NCBI GenBank assembly: GCA_964016885.1
Contig: OZ024742.1
Span: forward strand, 154,628,001-154,692,000
Length of the DNA stretch: 64,000 nt
Direction: 5' to 3'
DNA from: Eledone cirrhosa
Taxonomy: Eukaryota
In this document: in pieces, positions 26,025 to 38,403 of the stretch
How positions within the stretch are numbered: position 1 is the stretch's first letter
Layout of the letters: the number at the start of each line of letters is the position of its first letter
Translations under genes and position numbers: made by a program
Notes under the pieces: model-generated
Told to the model about the DNA's origin: nothing
Seen by the model: the letters and a program-made list of their open reading frames with translations, nothing else
The model's database searches: none

Positions 26025-26290
26025 GGGCATGGTAGCTTAATGGTAACGGTGTTGGAGATGTAATCATAATTTCCTGGATCCGAATCCTAGACAGGGTTGT
26101 GTATTGTCATTTTGAGCAGAACACTTAATTTCATGTAGCTACGTTATACACAGTTGAAAATGAGTACCAGCAAAAGATGAGATGTTAAAACTGCGATGGA
26201 TAGACGTCATCTCCAGGGAGGAGTCTTGTACTATCACACACTTCCCGCCACGGAAACCGAGAAAAGCAACGGCTTGATGACCCTTCGAAC
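26025..26290 (+). mobile_element. Old degenerate tRNA-derived SINE of a second family (CORE-like body)
   Basis: GGTAGCTTAATGGTAA..GGATCCGAATCCT head, then TTTGAGCAGAACACTTAA..AAATGAGTACC..GCGATGGA..CCAGGGAG..CGGAAACCG. Confidence 0.5.
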
Positions 26291-26948
26291 TCGAAATAGA
26301 CTCTGGATTTTAGCATATACTACCGGGAGATTCTCACAAATTTATGAAGTTTCACTTCAACCATGGTGGTTTAAATTTGGATATCGTCATAAAGATACAG
26401 AAACGTAATTACCTGATATTTGTTAATGTCTTCATATATGCATCTAAGCAGATGGAAAACACCAGAAATCAAGCATCATAATAGGAAACAATTAATCTAT
26501 GATACAGTATCAGATTACACACGAGGGGTCTAAAACATACGTAAACTCACATAGGGTGTAATAACCTATATGTGAGAGGGTGTATTACCATATATCTTTA
26601 TATATTATACATAGTTATTTCATATATTCTATAAGCAAGTGTTTCGGGACTTAAATTCTTAAACTCTAAGCGCTTAGGTTGCATCATTATCATGACACCA
26701 ATGTGCCCTTCTCCTGATATTACGTCATTCGGATATCGGAGATTGGTGGGAATTTAAACATTATGAGGATTTGTTTGACATCACTAAATGGAATGCCTCT
26801 GTTGCCACTGCTTTCAAACTTGTATAGGAAAATAGCATCGTTAGACATAGTAGCATTTGAGACGTCAGCAATGTCCCGTCATCTTTCCGTGTATGCCTCA
26901 ACGCAACAAGATGTAACAAAAGAGTCGATATATATATATATATATATA

Positions 26949-27039
26949 TGATGATTTCTAAAGAATGAAACAGTTCTAGTCCTGTAGAATCTCATATATT
27001 CTCATATATTTTAATATAGATGAGAATCTCATCTATATT

Positions 27040-27121
<82 letters not shown>

Positions 27122-27170
27122 AATATAGATGAGATTCTACAGGACTAGAACTGTTTCATTCTTTAGAAAT

Positions 27171-27175
<5 letters not shown>
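26949..27175. repeat. Inverted repeat around (TA)n with a 5'-clipped hammerhead-like remnant
   Basis: TGATGATTTCTAAAGAATGAAACAGTTCTAGTCCTGTAGAATCTCAT and its exact reverse complement ending at 27175. Confidence 0.8.
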
Positions 27176-27213
<38 letters not shown>

Positions 27214-27296
27214 AAGTTTTATTTAAATTGTTGGGTTACAACGAGTAAATATTTATAACTGATATAAAAGCACTCAACAAGTATTTGGAGTATATT

Positions 27297-27647
27297 TACG
27301 ATATTAAATAAATGGAAACTATATTTATAAAACCATATTTATTTCACTATATATATTTCAGGGATATCATATTAAAAATATGGTATGCCTTCATCAGACA
27401 AAATACAATATAAACAGTCTTATAAATAGATAGACTTGACATACCTTACAACTTCAACTTCCATTTAAAATCAACTTTTTAAATGGAAGTTAAAGTTGTA
27501 AGGTATGTCAAATCTATCTATTTATAAGACTGTTTATATTGTATTTTGTCTGATGAAGGCATACCATATTTTTAATATCATATCCCTGAAATATATATAG
27601 TGAAATAAATATGGTTTTATAAATATAGTTTCCATTTATTTAATATC

Positions 27648-27650
<3 letters not shown>
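27297..27650. repeat. 354-bp near-perfect palindrome with mirror hammerhead motifs
   Basis: Arms of ~174 bp, 6-nt spacer TCAACT (27471-27476), a few mismatches. Confidence 0.95.
27542..27607 (+). ncRNA. Type I hammerhead motif (mirror copy on - strand at 27340-27405)
   Basis: UAUUUUGU-CUGAUGA-AGG(cauaccAUAUU..AAUAUcauauc)CCU-GAA-AUAUAUAU-A-GUGAAAUA. Stem I has G.U wobbles. Confidence 0.6.
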
Positions 27651-27720
<70 letters not shown>

Positions 27721-28304
27721 TTAGAACCCTGTAACCATTAAGCTCTAAGTATAAAGTACAAATAAATACTGAGCCGATTAACAATATATAGTAAGAAACA
27801 CAGTAAACCGTGTGTCTAAAATTACAAGGGTTGAAAAACCACATATGCTTGAAATATTTAACCAAGAAACAGACAGAATGACAAAATGAAAATAAAAATA
27901 TATTATCATAATAATACAAACCGCCTCAATAACCATTATATCTCTCGGACAGATGAATTTATCACCTCGTGCTCCGCCAGTCAAACGTGGTAAGCGCGTA
28001 TTGAACAGAAATAACAGTCCAACACGCACAACTTAATAGCTCAACTTGTAAGGGAGCAGAAATATATATATATGAATTAGAACCCTGTAACCATTAAGCT
28101 CTAAGTATAAAGTACAAATAAATACTGAGCCGATTAACAATATATAGTAAGAATATATATATATATAGAGTTGTATTGTTGCAATAAATGCGTCTGTAGG
28201 CGGTATGCCGTTTGAGCACTCGGTGCTCGCACAGAGCAGAGTATATTATTATAAATAACGAGTATATTATTATAAATAACGAGTATATTATTATAAATAA
28301 TAAG

Positions 28305-28490
28305 GGCGATGGATTGGCAGTATCTGTAGAGAGTCGGACGCCATGCTTTGACGCATAGAGTTACGGTCCTTACCATTCTGAGTTCAAATCCCGCCGAGGT
28401 TAACTTTGCCGTTCATCCTTATGGGGTCAATAAATAAAGTACCAGTAATACACTGGGTATTTGCTGGCCTTGTGCCAAAAGTAGAAACAA
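28305..28490 (+). mobile_element. tRNA-derived SINE, full-length
   Basis: Same family as 36484. Flanked by the ATTATTATAAATAA direct repeat. Confidence 0.85.
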
Positions 28491-28499
28491 TTATTATAA

Positions 28500-28887
28500 A
28501 TAACGAGGAATCAGCTAGGCATCAAAACACAATTCATTAGCATATTACATTTATCTCCGACGATCGACTCAAGGCAGGATCTGTTACAGATCGAACCTGA
28601 CTCTTCATTCACAAGTTCCTCGGATATGTTTTGCGCTTTCAAAGCAATTCCTTCTATTAAAGCCATTCCATCCGTTTCATCGTCAACAATTAACACCATC
28701 CTGCTATTAATGCCTTTTCATCAGTTTAGAATTTCAGGCGTTACCGCTCTCATTTGACCACTCAAATTCCTCCACTGTCTGCAGCCATTCACGCGTGTGT
28801 GTATACATATACTTGTATATATGTGTATACACACGCACACACACACACACACGCACACATACACACATACACACACACATACACACT

Positions 28888-28964
<77 letters not shown>

Positions 28965-30344
28965 AAGGCGGGTAAAATTCCCGAGATCCATGGACGAGTT
29001 CCTCTCCAGCGGTCTCTGTCCCTCATTATCGCTGCCATGTCCTGCGTCTCCAACAGACCAATGTCTGTCCTTAGGGCATCAACATACGTTAACTTTGGTC
29101 TTCGTAGAGACCTGAAAATCCGCCTCTTCATTGCTGTAGTGGAGTCTGTGCTGCTGTATGAGTCTGAGATTTGGACACTGACCAAGAAACTCACTCAGAT
29201 GGTGATGGGTGCTACACGAGAATGCTGAGGATGGCTCTGAACATTAATCAGTATACACTGAGGATCAAAAACTCAGAGCTGTATGGGAGCATCCCAAAAG
29301 TCAGCTCAAAAGTGACACAGAGGAGACTGAGGTTAGCTGGACATGCTCACCGACATCCAGAGTTGATATATATATATATATATGGGGGGGGGGGGGTAAA
29401 CAGGGAGAGAAAAACGATTGTTAGGTAGAGAAATATATATTTTTTCCTCTATTTTTTTCTCCTTTTTCGGGGTTAGAAAATGTTTAAAACAAAATGTTTA
29501 ACTTTCTGTGAAGTGTTAAGGTATTTGTTAATTTACTTATTAATTAACAATAGCATTTATTTATTTATTTATTAATATATTCATTTAATAATTATCAATT
29601 ACCGGTTTCACCATTTTATGCATTATCAAATTATGTGAGTGGGAGAGAAAAAAGGGGTGAATTTGTATTGGTATAAAATGTACGAGAGAAGATAAAGTGA
29701 TGTTGAACATGTTATTGAAATGCGAAAGAAAGGATAATATTATTTACAAGCAAGGTTTTTGAAGTAAAATATGTGGTGATATGGAACATGGTAAGGTAAT
29801 GGGAAAGAAATAATAATATTATTTACAGGCATGGTTCTTGAGGATAAGCAGTTCAAAAAGTGTTATTATGGCAGGAGCGCTTGGAGTAGTTGATCCATGA
29901 TGGTGGCAATGCACGTATGGATGCGTATGTGTGTATGTACACACACATATATGTATGTGTGTGTGTAGACATGTGTAGTGGTAGAAATATTTATACGTAT
30001 GTGCCCACATAGTAATTTGCTGACCAGCTCGGAGTGATTGACAGGTCACGCGCGAGTGGCTGCCGACAGTGGAGGTATTTGAGTGGTCAAAAGAGAGCGG
30101 TGACGTCTGAAATTCTAAACTAATAAAAAAGCAATATGTGCAGGAAGATGTTAGTTACTGACAATGACCGGATGGAATGGCTTTAATCGAATGAAATGCT
30201 TTGAAAGCGCAAAACATATCCGAGGAACTTGTGAATGCAGAGTCAGGTTCGATCTGTAACAGATCCTGCTTGAGCTGATCGTCGGATAAACATATGCAAT
30301 ATGTTAAGAAATTGTGTTTTGATGCCTAGCTGATTCCTCGTTAT
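28500..30344. repeat. ~300-bp diverged inverted repeats (28500-28797 and 30047-30344)
   Basis: ATAACGAGGAATCAGCTAGGCATCAAAACACAATT...GACCACTCAAAT.CCTCCACTGTC.GCAGCCA is mirrored on the opposite strand. Confidence 0.85.
28963..29365. mobile_element. RTE-type LINE 3' end with a 5' inversion, in (TA)n
   Basis: Minus strand 28963-29104 reads RPKLTYVDALRTD..MRDRDRWR. Plus strand 29100-29365 reads KIRLFIAVVESVLLYESEIWTL..RRLRLAGHAHRHPEL. Confidence 0.8.
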
Positions 30345-30656
30345 CCCACATTCTCCATCTCACCAGTCTATTTCTACTTTTCGCCCTACTGCCCGTCTCT
30401 TATTTCTTCCTATTTCTTCTTTAATTTATCTTTATTTCTTCTGATCCAGGACAAGCGTCCGTAACATTAAGGCACTCTTTCTACTATTTCAAGCGTTAAA
30501 TTAATATTTTCCTTCCAAGTACTATGACGCTTGTTTTGAAAGTTTTGTTTACCTTCTACACATACATATACACATACATACACACACACACACATACCCA
30601 CATACACATACACACATACATACATACATACATACATACATACATACATACATACA

Positions 30657-30687
<31 letters not shown>

Positions 30688-30784
30688 GTACATACATACA
30701 TACATATGTACATATATACGCTACTTATTTTGAATATATTATTACTAGTATAGGTGCATAAGTTAGCAGCATATACTATATATA

Positions 30785-30932
30785 ATTGTTTCTACTTTAG
30801 GCACAAGGCCAGCAATGAAATAGTGCATTACTGGTACTTTAATTTAACGACCCCGTAAGGATGAAAGGCAAAGTCAACCTCGGCGGGATTTGAACTCAGA
30901 TCGTAAAGGAACGTAACTATGCTGGAAAGCAT
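30785..30932 (-). mobile_element. 5'-truncated tRNA-derived SINE
   Basis: Reverse complement matches the SINE body and the GTAGAAACAAT end. Confidence 0.85.
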
Positions 30933-31128
30933 AGTTATATATTATATATTATATATAATAGTTTCCAAATATATATAATTATTTCTATGTATATAAATAC
31001 GTATTTATATATACATGCATATATTATTATATCTACACACTCATAAACACACACTTTTGTGTATATATATATATATGTATATATATAAATGCAAGAGTGA
31101 GAAATGAAATTTCATTTCATTCTTTTTC

Positions 31129-31160
<32 letters not shown>

Positions 31161-32226
31161 TTCGTTTCTGAATTTATTTAGCAAGATTATTTATGTGAAA
31201 ACGTGTGTTGAAACCGATATTGTTATACGTTGGGAGGGTCATGTTGCCAATAAGAAACACACGCACCAGATATTTCACTTCAATTTATTATAATAACTTT
31301 ATAAATTTAGGAATTTATAAATTTCCGGTTGGTTGGTTGGTTCCACAACCAGATGGATGTTTATATATTGTCAAAGTTCTTTCGTCATACATTATGTGAC
31401 CTCTTCAGTGACTGGGGATTCTTTTCTTTGCTTTTGTGCCTCTCCTTTGTTCTGTCCTACGCCATCTTGTTTCTGTGTGTGTGTCGTGTGCTCAGTCTGC
31501 GCATGCGCCACATCCGGGTGTCTGTGTGTGTTTGTATACGTTTATTTATTTGTTAATTTACATGTTACAGGTTGGTTGTTTGTTCTATGTACGTGTGTGT
31601 TTTCATTTTGTCCTTAATTGTAAGTTGTGATGTTGCTGTTCCACTCATGTTTTCTATTGAATTTTGGTTGTAATTCTTTTATGTTTATTGCCTCTGTGAT
31701 TTGTCTAAACATTGCGTCTTTTCTGTGTGTAGATTCTATTTTTATTTCTATGTTCTCTAATTTACCATTATGTTCTATTTTAGCATGTTGGTAGAGTACA
31801 GATGATTCTTTACTATCTGGAAGATCTCGCCAGTGTTCGTTTATCCGTTCCCCTACTCTACGAGCTGTCTCACCTATGTACACTATATGTTTGTCTCATC
31901 ATTGTCCTTCAGTACATGTTATGCTATATACTACATTTATAGTTTTACAGTTAATATGGGGGCTTAATTTACAGGTTATACATTACTTATCTCTACAGGG
32001 CGTTCTTTGAAAAGGGTATGTCTTGCTAATATGTGTTTTTACGGAGGTACCTGGTCTTTCTACTATCTTAATATTCAGTTTATGTTTATCTAGGGCCCTT
32101 CTAAATCTGTAAGCTAATTCACCTCAAGGGGTTGTATCGATGAACATTACACTCTGGTATTTATTTCTATCATACTATGAGTTTATTCTATTAGCCTTAT
32201 TCCTAGTTCTCTATATTCTATTCCAA
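31161..32226 (-). mobile_element. Decayed 5'-truncated Naiad-type PLE (zinc linker, GIY-YIG, pLTR with HHR)
   Basis: YQSVMFIDTTP..KTYPF..NCKTINVVYSITC..YIGETARRVGERINEHW..RQITEA..NRKHEW, with several stops. The terminus matches the first ~27 codons of the 60395 ORF and abuts (TA)n. Confidence 0.88.
31370..31412 (-). ncRNA. Hammerhead-like motif in the PLE pLTR
   Basis: GUCA-CUGAAGA-G-GUCA(CAUAAUGUA)UGAC-GAA-AGAACU-U-UGAC. Confidence 0.55.
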
Positions 32227-32304
32227 AATATATATACATATATATATATACTGTGTATATATATATATATATATACATATATAAATATATATAAATATAT
32301 ATAT

Positions 32305-32372
<68 letters not shown>

Positions 32373-32374
<2 letters not shown>

Positions 32375-34880
32375 CGAAGGAAATGTGGTAAGGAACCAGG
32401 TGGACCATAACGCACCAAAGTACTTAGAGGAAGTAGACTGGGTAATAGGAACCAGTAAGACCCCGACGGCTGAGCTCAAGCCGTTTTGACGGCTAATTCT
32501 GGACTAAATGAAAATTTATCCTGGTATTTAAATAGCCGAGCTTCTCAAGGGGTTATTCCACATATGGTCAAAGTGATTGTCAAAAGTTAGTAGTAATTCT
32601 GTGATGGCAAATTAATAGGGGAGATGGTGGCTAAACCTGCCAGTAGGAGAAAAAGGGGAGGGGTGGAGTAGACCCAATCATGCGTTGGTAGTGCCGGCTA
32701 CAGCTGGGCATGAGGTGAAAGAAGATACTGGGGATGGGGAGGGGGAGGAAGTCGAAACGGTTGGTAGAACAATGAGGGGTAAAAATATATATATGAAAGA
32801 AAAAATACTGAGAGTGATGAAAAGCGAATAAGTGTAAAGAAAAAAGAATATATAAGCAAGTTCTACGACCTAAGTCTCTAGTTATTGTTAGGCTAGATAA
32901 ATAAATAACTAAAGAAAGAAAGAAAGAAAGAAATAAAGAAATAAAGAAATAACGAAATAAGTAAATAAACTAGGTGGGGCGGAATAGGAAAGGACTCTTT
33001 TAAGAGGTATAAGTACGTAAATCGTACGGTGACGGGTCAACAAATGGTGTCAAAATACTAAAGGAACTACCACGAAATAAATAATAAAGGTTTCTACCCC
33101 GGGCACAAGGCCAGCAACCACCCAGTGCAGAAAATTAAACTAGTACGAGATAATAATTCTGAGTCCCGAAAAAAATATACTAATGCTAACTCTAAAGGTT
33201 CCGCCACGCTACAAAAGTTCTTATACAAGTTACATGAAAGTTCGTACGAAGTAAAGGTAGAATATGGAAAAATTCAGAATCCACCCCGCCCAAAAGAAAA
33301 GAGAAGAAAGAAATACTGAAACGAGAAATTAAGGCATAAGTGCCACTAAGAAATATAGAAGGCACGGAAAAAAGGGGGATCGGTCGGAAAAGGGGGCAAG
33401 TATCCGAGGTCTAACACAACTGCTATAAAAAGCGGAGTCCGCCAAATCTATCATAGACTAAGGGAGGGGGTGGGGGTACTGAGGCTACAAGAGGCCAAAG
33501 GGCAGCCTCGGGTGGGTGAGAAAAAGACGCCGACAAAGAAGAAGAACTGGGGTAGAAGGAGTAAGGAGGGATTGGGGGAAAAAGGAAATAAAGGAAGCGA
33601 TAAAAGAATAAAAAGAAGATCTTACGTCTCCCCTGGCAAGCAGGGGTTACCCATTGCAAAATCGGTAAGTGGGTTTTTATAGCCCTAGTCGACCCCCCCC
33701 CCGGGTCATTATGGGGTTTGAGGGCGAGGTAAGTCCTACGCAATCTATGTTTACATGCAGTAACAAGTTCATCTTTCTTGTTTAGGAGTTGGTCCGTCGA
33801 AAACAGCATTTGTAAAGTTTCCTCCGAGCATAAATTGCACGGGCGGCGTCCTCCCGCGTAAGAGTTGGCTCTGGACAGTAATCTCCAAGTGAGATCATAG
33901 GTGATGTTGTTGTCCTTGAGGTCCCATATGTGGCCCGAAAGTGTAGTGGCGTGACGCCGGGCCGGGTTTCGGAAGGTATGTCTATGTTGATATAGCCGGG
34001 TCTTGAAGTCACATGCGGTTAGTCCTATATAAGCTTTGTTGGAGGTGTCCGTCCTCACGTTGCACTGGTAGATCACATTACGGTCTCTGCATCTATTGTC
34101 GAGTTGGCAAATGGATCTATCCGGACAGTTGCACCTCCTGGTCGGCTCTCCACTGCTATTTAGGTTATTTCTTCCATCGGGATTGAGTTTTTTGTTGTTA
34201 GGGGAGACGATGTTTTGTGGGAAGTTTGGTGTAGTGCTGTAAGAGAGTTTGGTGGTATTTTTGTTAATTATGTTGTGGTAGCGGTGTTGTAGTGGGAAGT
34301 GTTTTTCAATGAGCCTAAAGAATATTTTCCCGATGTGGGTTGTCACCTCTGCGTTATGGAGAGGATTGAACCATGTTACATTGTGTGAGCGGCGGTGTCT
34401 CCTGCTGGTACCGCTAATGGGAGCTGGACAGTAGGATAATTCCTCCCAGAAACCACTCCGCTTGAGGGCCTGGTTGTAATAAGGCGCATGTTCATCGAAT
34501 ATCCGCTCATTAGCTGACAAACAGGATATGCGGAGGGAGATGTTTTTGACCAGGTTGTTGGTGATGTTCCTAGGATGGTTTGATCGGCGGTGGATGTAGT
34601 TCAGGTTGTCATTAGGTTTCCTGTATGGGTAGTACAGGTCGTTTTCGAGGTCGAGGGTCACGTCCAGGAAGTTTACTTGGGTCAGGGACGTTTGTAGGGT
34701 TATTTTAAATCCCTAGTCGCGGAAGAAGGTGATTAATTGTTTCAGTCCAGAATTAGCCGTCGAAACGGCTTGAGCTCAGCCGTCGGGGTTTTACTTGTTC
34801 CTATTACCCAATCTACTACCCAAAGTATTGAGTACTTTGGTGCGTTATGGTCCACCTGGTTCCATACCACATTTCCTTCG

Positions 34881-34882
<2 letters not shown>
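32373..34882 (-). mobile_element. 5'-truncated Hydra-like PLE with ~135-bp inverted termini, in (TA)n
   Basis: ORF 33423..34661: YYPYRKPND..SNHP, WFNP, CNCPDRSICQLDNRC, VIYQC..AYIGLT..FKTRLYQH, CNLC..CKH. Termini 32373-32505 and 34744-34882 are inverted homologs. Confidence 0.9.
32460..32553 (-). ncRNA. Type I hammerhead with a U3:A8 covariant core
   Basis: ACCCC-UUGAGAA-G..CGGCUA(long)UAGCCGUC-[G/A]AA-ACGGCU(UGAGCUC)AGCCGU-C-GGGGU. The inverted copy near 34761 retains GAAAC. Confidence 0.6.
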
Positions 34883-34926
<44 letters not shown>

Positions 34927-34951
34927 TATATATATATACATATGCATATAT

Positions 34952-34984
<33 letters not shown>

Positions 34985-35219
34985 TATATATACACACACA
35001 AACGTGTGTGTTTGAGTGTGTAGATATAGAAATATATGCGGGTGTATATAAATACGTATTAATAAAAATAGAAAGAAATATATTTCTTTGGAAACTATTA
35101 TATGTAATATATTCTGCTACCTTATACAACAATATTAGTAATAATATATTCAAAATCACTAGCGTGTTGTTCTAATTGCATGTATTGTGTTAAATTACTT
35201 GCAAACCATTAATGATGAC

Positions 35220-35322
<103 letters not shown>

Positions 35323-36483
35323 TTCAAAATATATCTTGAAATATTGCGCTCACGGGTAATCTAATCAAGGATTTTCTCTTTCTTACAAGGATCGGAGTAG
35401 AATTCACAACATGTCTAAATAATATATAATATCAATATTTCTCAAATTCCAAATCCAAAGAATTAATATATTTATTTAGCTTTACTTCCTTTCACTTTTT
35501 CAAAATTAAAGAAAAATAATTTTTTATGTAACTAATTTCAGTGATTGTCATCTGAATATTTGTTTTTTGATACCCTCCAGTATTTAATATTTCTACTGCT
35601 GTTAATTTAAACCCCAAACACATCGAACAAAAATTCTGATCGTTGCTGGAAAGATTCTATTCATTAGCGTAAGCACTCGGTAATCTTTTTCGGTCTGCCT
35701 TACAGATCGTATAGTACGGTATTCATAGATATGTAAAGTTGCAGTTTTTTTTCTGGAGTTAACATGTGAGCAAATCGCTCGTTATCCTCTTACCCTTTGG
35801 CTATAAAAGCCTTTTGTATAAAGTTACTTAATTCTATGAAATAAACTTAAAGTTTTGCCATACTATAAGATGATAATTCATTGTTGCAAAGAAGTTAAAA
35901 TGTCCGCCTAATAGGAGGGAAAAAAACTCTTAATCACTCAACCTGCTAGAAAGAACAGTTACATTCTACTCAAATCGCATTCGAGAATATCTTTCTAGAC
36001 ACATTTAATATATGATATTAGAAAGAATGTCATCCCTGGGTTGTCTTATCTTAAATGGTATATTTGATATCTTCTGACATGTGTTGACAAAACGTTAATT
36101 ATATTCAACTCTACCAGACATTGCAACAGATATATCAGGAGTCTGCTCGAATACAAAATGGTTACTATTTTTAAAATTCGCCAATTTATTTCTAATATTA
36201 TAATGAGATGCTCTCTAATTTCTCTGTCCTAAATTGATATCGTTATTAGCAATATTTACTGGTATATATTTAGGAAGAGAGTAGTAAAGATGAAATAGAT
36301 AGAAGCATACACAGTCAAATGAACGAGCGGGAAGAGGAACTGTATATTATTTATGAATTAATTACCCTATGTACATTTGCAGATTTGATGTTAGGTATAT
36401 ATTAGGTAATATGTATTATTTTATTAATAATTATACTTTTATTTTATTGTGTATTTCCTTTTCTCTTGGTATAGTTACAGAAT

Positions 36484-36664
36484 GGTGGATTGGCAGTATC
36501 GGTAGAGGGTCGGACGCCATGCTTTCCAGCATAGTTACGTCCCTTTACGATCTGAGTTCAAATCCCGCCGAGGTTGACTTTGCCTTTCATCCTTACGGGG
36601 TCGATAAAATAAAGTACCAGTAATGCACTGGGTAATTGCTGGCCTTGTGCCTAAAGTAGAAACA
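36484..36664 (+). mobile_element. tRNA-derived SINE with a 13-bp TSD
   Basis: TSD ATAGTTACAGAAT at 36471-36483 and 36665-36677. A/B boxes, and central GCCTTTCATCCTTACGGGGTCGATAAAATAAAGTACC resembling the Meta-type SINE domain. Confidence 0.92.
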
Positions 36665-36949
36665 ATAGTTACAGAATTCTGATATTAGCAAACGTACACA
36701 TCTTATATATAACAGTAGTAATATATTATATCCACCCGAGTACCGCTTCTGTATTTAGTTTACAAATTACTGAAGGACGAAACAAATTTGTTAATTTTAC
36801 ATATTTAATTTCTAGTTATCTTCGAATTTATTCAAGTGAAATGTTAAAACTAGATTGGCGGTGTTCTTGCATACCTCTAAATATAATTGCATCTCTGAAA
36901 ATATGTTTAATATCGTTGGACAGATTTTAAGTGCAAAGTCAAGCTTCAG

Positions 36950-37170
36950 GAAACCCAGAGGCAGACGACGAGAAAGATGGCTGGATAATATCCATGAACT
37001 CTATTCGTCTCACTTCTGAATCCCACCAGATCAATTAGGAACAGTTGCTTCTTAGTGAACTCTCTGGAAGCCGTATTTCTGAGGAATTTGCCCAGGCAAC
37101 CTTCCCATGAATAAGTGGTTAAAGAGAGAGAAGAAGAAGAAGAAGAAGAAGAAGAAGAAGAAGAAGAAGA
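36950..37170 (+). mobile_element. Degenerate RTE-like 3' fragment with a (GAA)n tail
   Basis: RGRRRERWLDNIHE motif followed by a simple-repeat tail. Confidence 0.45.
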
Positions 37171-38403
37171 GGGTGTAATGTTTCCTGGACTCCTGCTTTT
37201 CCCCAAATTATTTTCTACATACTGAAATAAGTTCTCGTTAAATCTGATTGTAAACAGTGTTTAGCTGTTAACGTATTGAGAGATACACTCTTAACGTAAT
37301 TAACTTCAATAGTTTGTAGCAAAACATAAATTAATAAGCTTTTCTGTGCCTTTAACAGTTCATTTTGTAGTTGACATATTTTCCTCTCATATCCTAGTCT
37401 ATTTCACCACTCATGCAAATGTTCACTCCTTTTATTATCTATATTCAAAAAATATAATTCTTCAAACAAAATGGAAAAAAGTATTGAGAGGCATCCAAAC
37501 TGTAGATTGGTCCAATAGAAATAGCCGTCAACTGATTTTTTCTCTTTATAATAAAGCAAAGAAACAACAGTTTCTAATATACACACATATATATATTCTC
37601 CTTTCAATACAGTCGGATTATTCACCGTGAGCACTTTAGTAGTACAGATTAATGTTGAATTCATTTCTGATACAGTTATTACCACTTACATCAGATATCG
37701 CAATCAAGAATTGCTTCTATTTACAGCTAAAAGCATAGAATTGTATTTCAATTTGGATTACATAGGCTGGAGAAACTCCCGACTAATCGAACAATTAAAG
37801 TTTATGTTATTGGATTTGCGATCAACACGACAGTTGCCTCCATCGCAGAGAAGTAACCTGCTTCAAAAGTACACGTAAAAGCAATACAGTCATATCCGTG
37901 CATCTATTTTCCAGCAGATCTTTAGTCTGCGAAAGTTTCCGTATTACTTATTAAGATTCTTCCTTTTAAATTGAATAGTATTTCGATACTGATATCAATC
38001 AGAAACAGGTCATTTCAAGTTTCCAGTGATCATAACATTATACAACTATATGCGATACACAATATATCTGTTTCCATCATTGATATTCATTTCTATAAGG
38101 ATTATGAATTTAATCAAATCCGATTTCAACACAAAGATGTACAGAATTATATATCTATCGATTTGTCAAAATCACTTCATTGGTAAATTTCAGACATCAT
38201 CATAAAACGAACCGTGAATGAAGGTAACTGATTGGTATAAAACTATAAGTACTTCATCTAACATTCCTATTAATTACAACTATAACATTATCTACAACAC
38301 CAATAACAACTACAGAAGCAATAATAGCAATAAGAATTATTAAATAACATTTTGTTGTTATTATTGTTCTTCTTCAACAAATTATTATTATTATTATTAT
38401 TAT

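Noticed and set aside
27825-27865. UUGAAAA..GAAAUAUUUA hammerhead-like string
   Set aside because: Stems I and II do not pair convincingly, and such strings are expected by chance in AT-rich DNA.
36484-36570. tRNA gene
   Set aside because: A/B boxes belong to a multi-copy SINE with TSDs. No complete cloverleaf.
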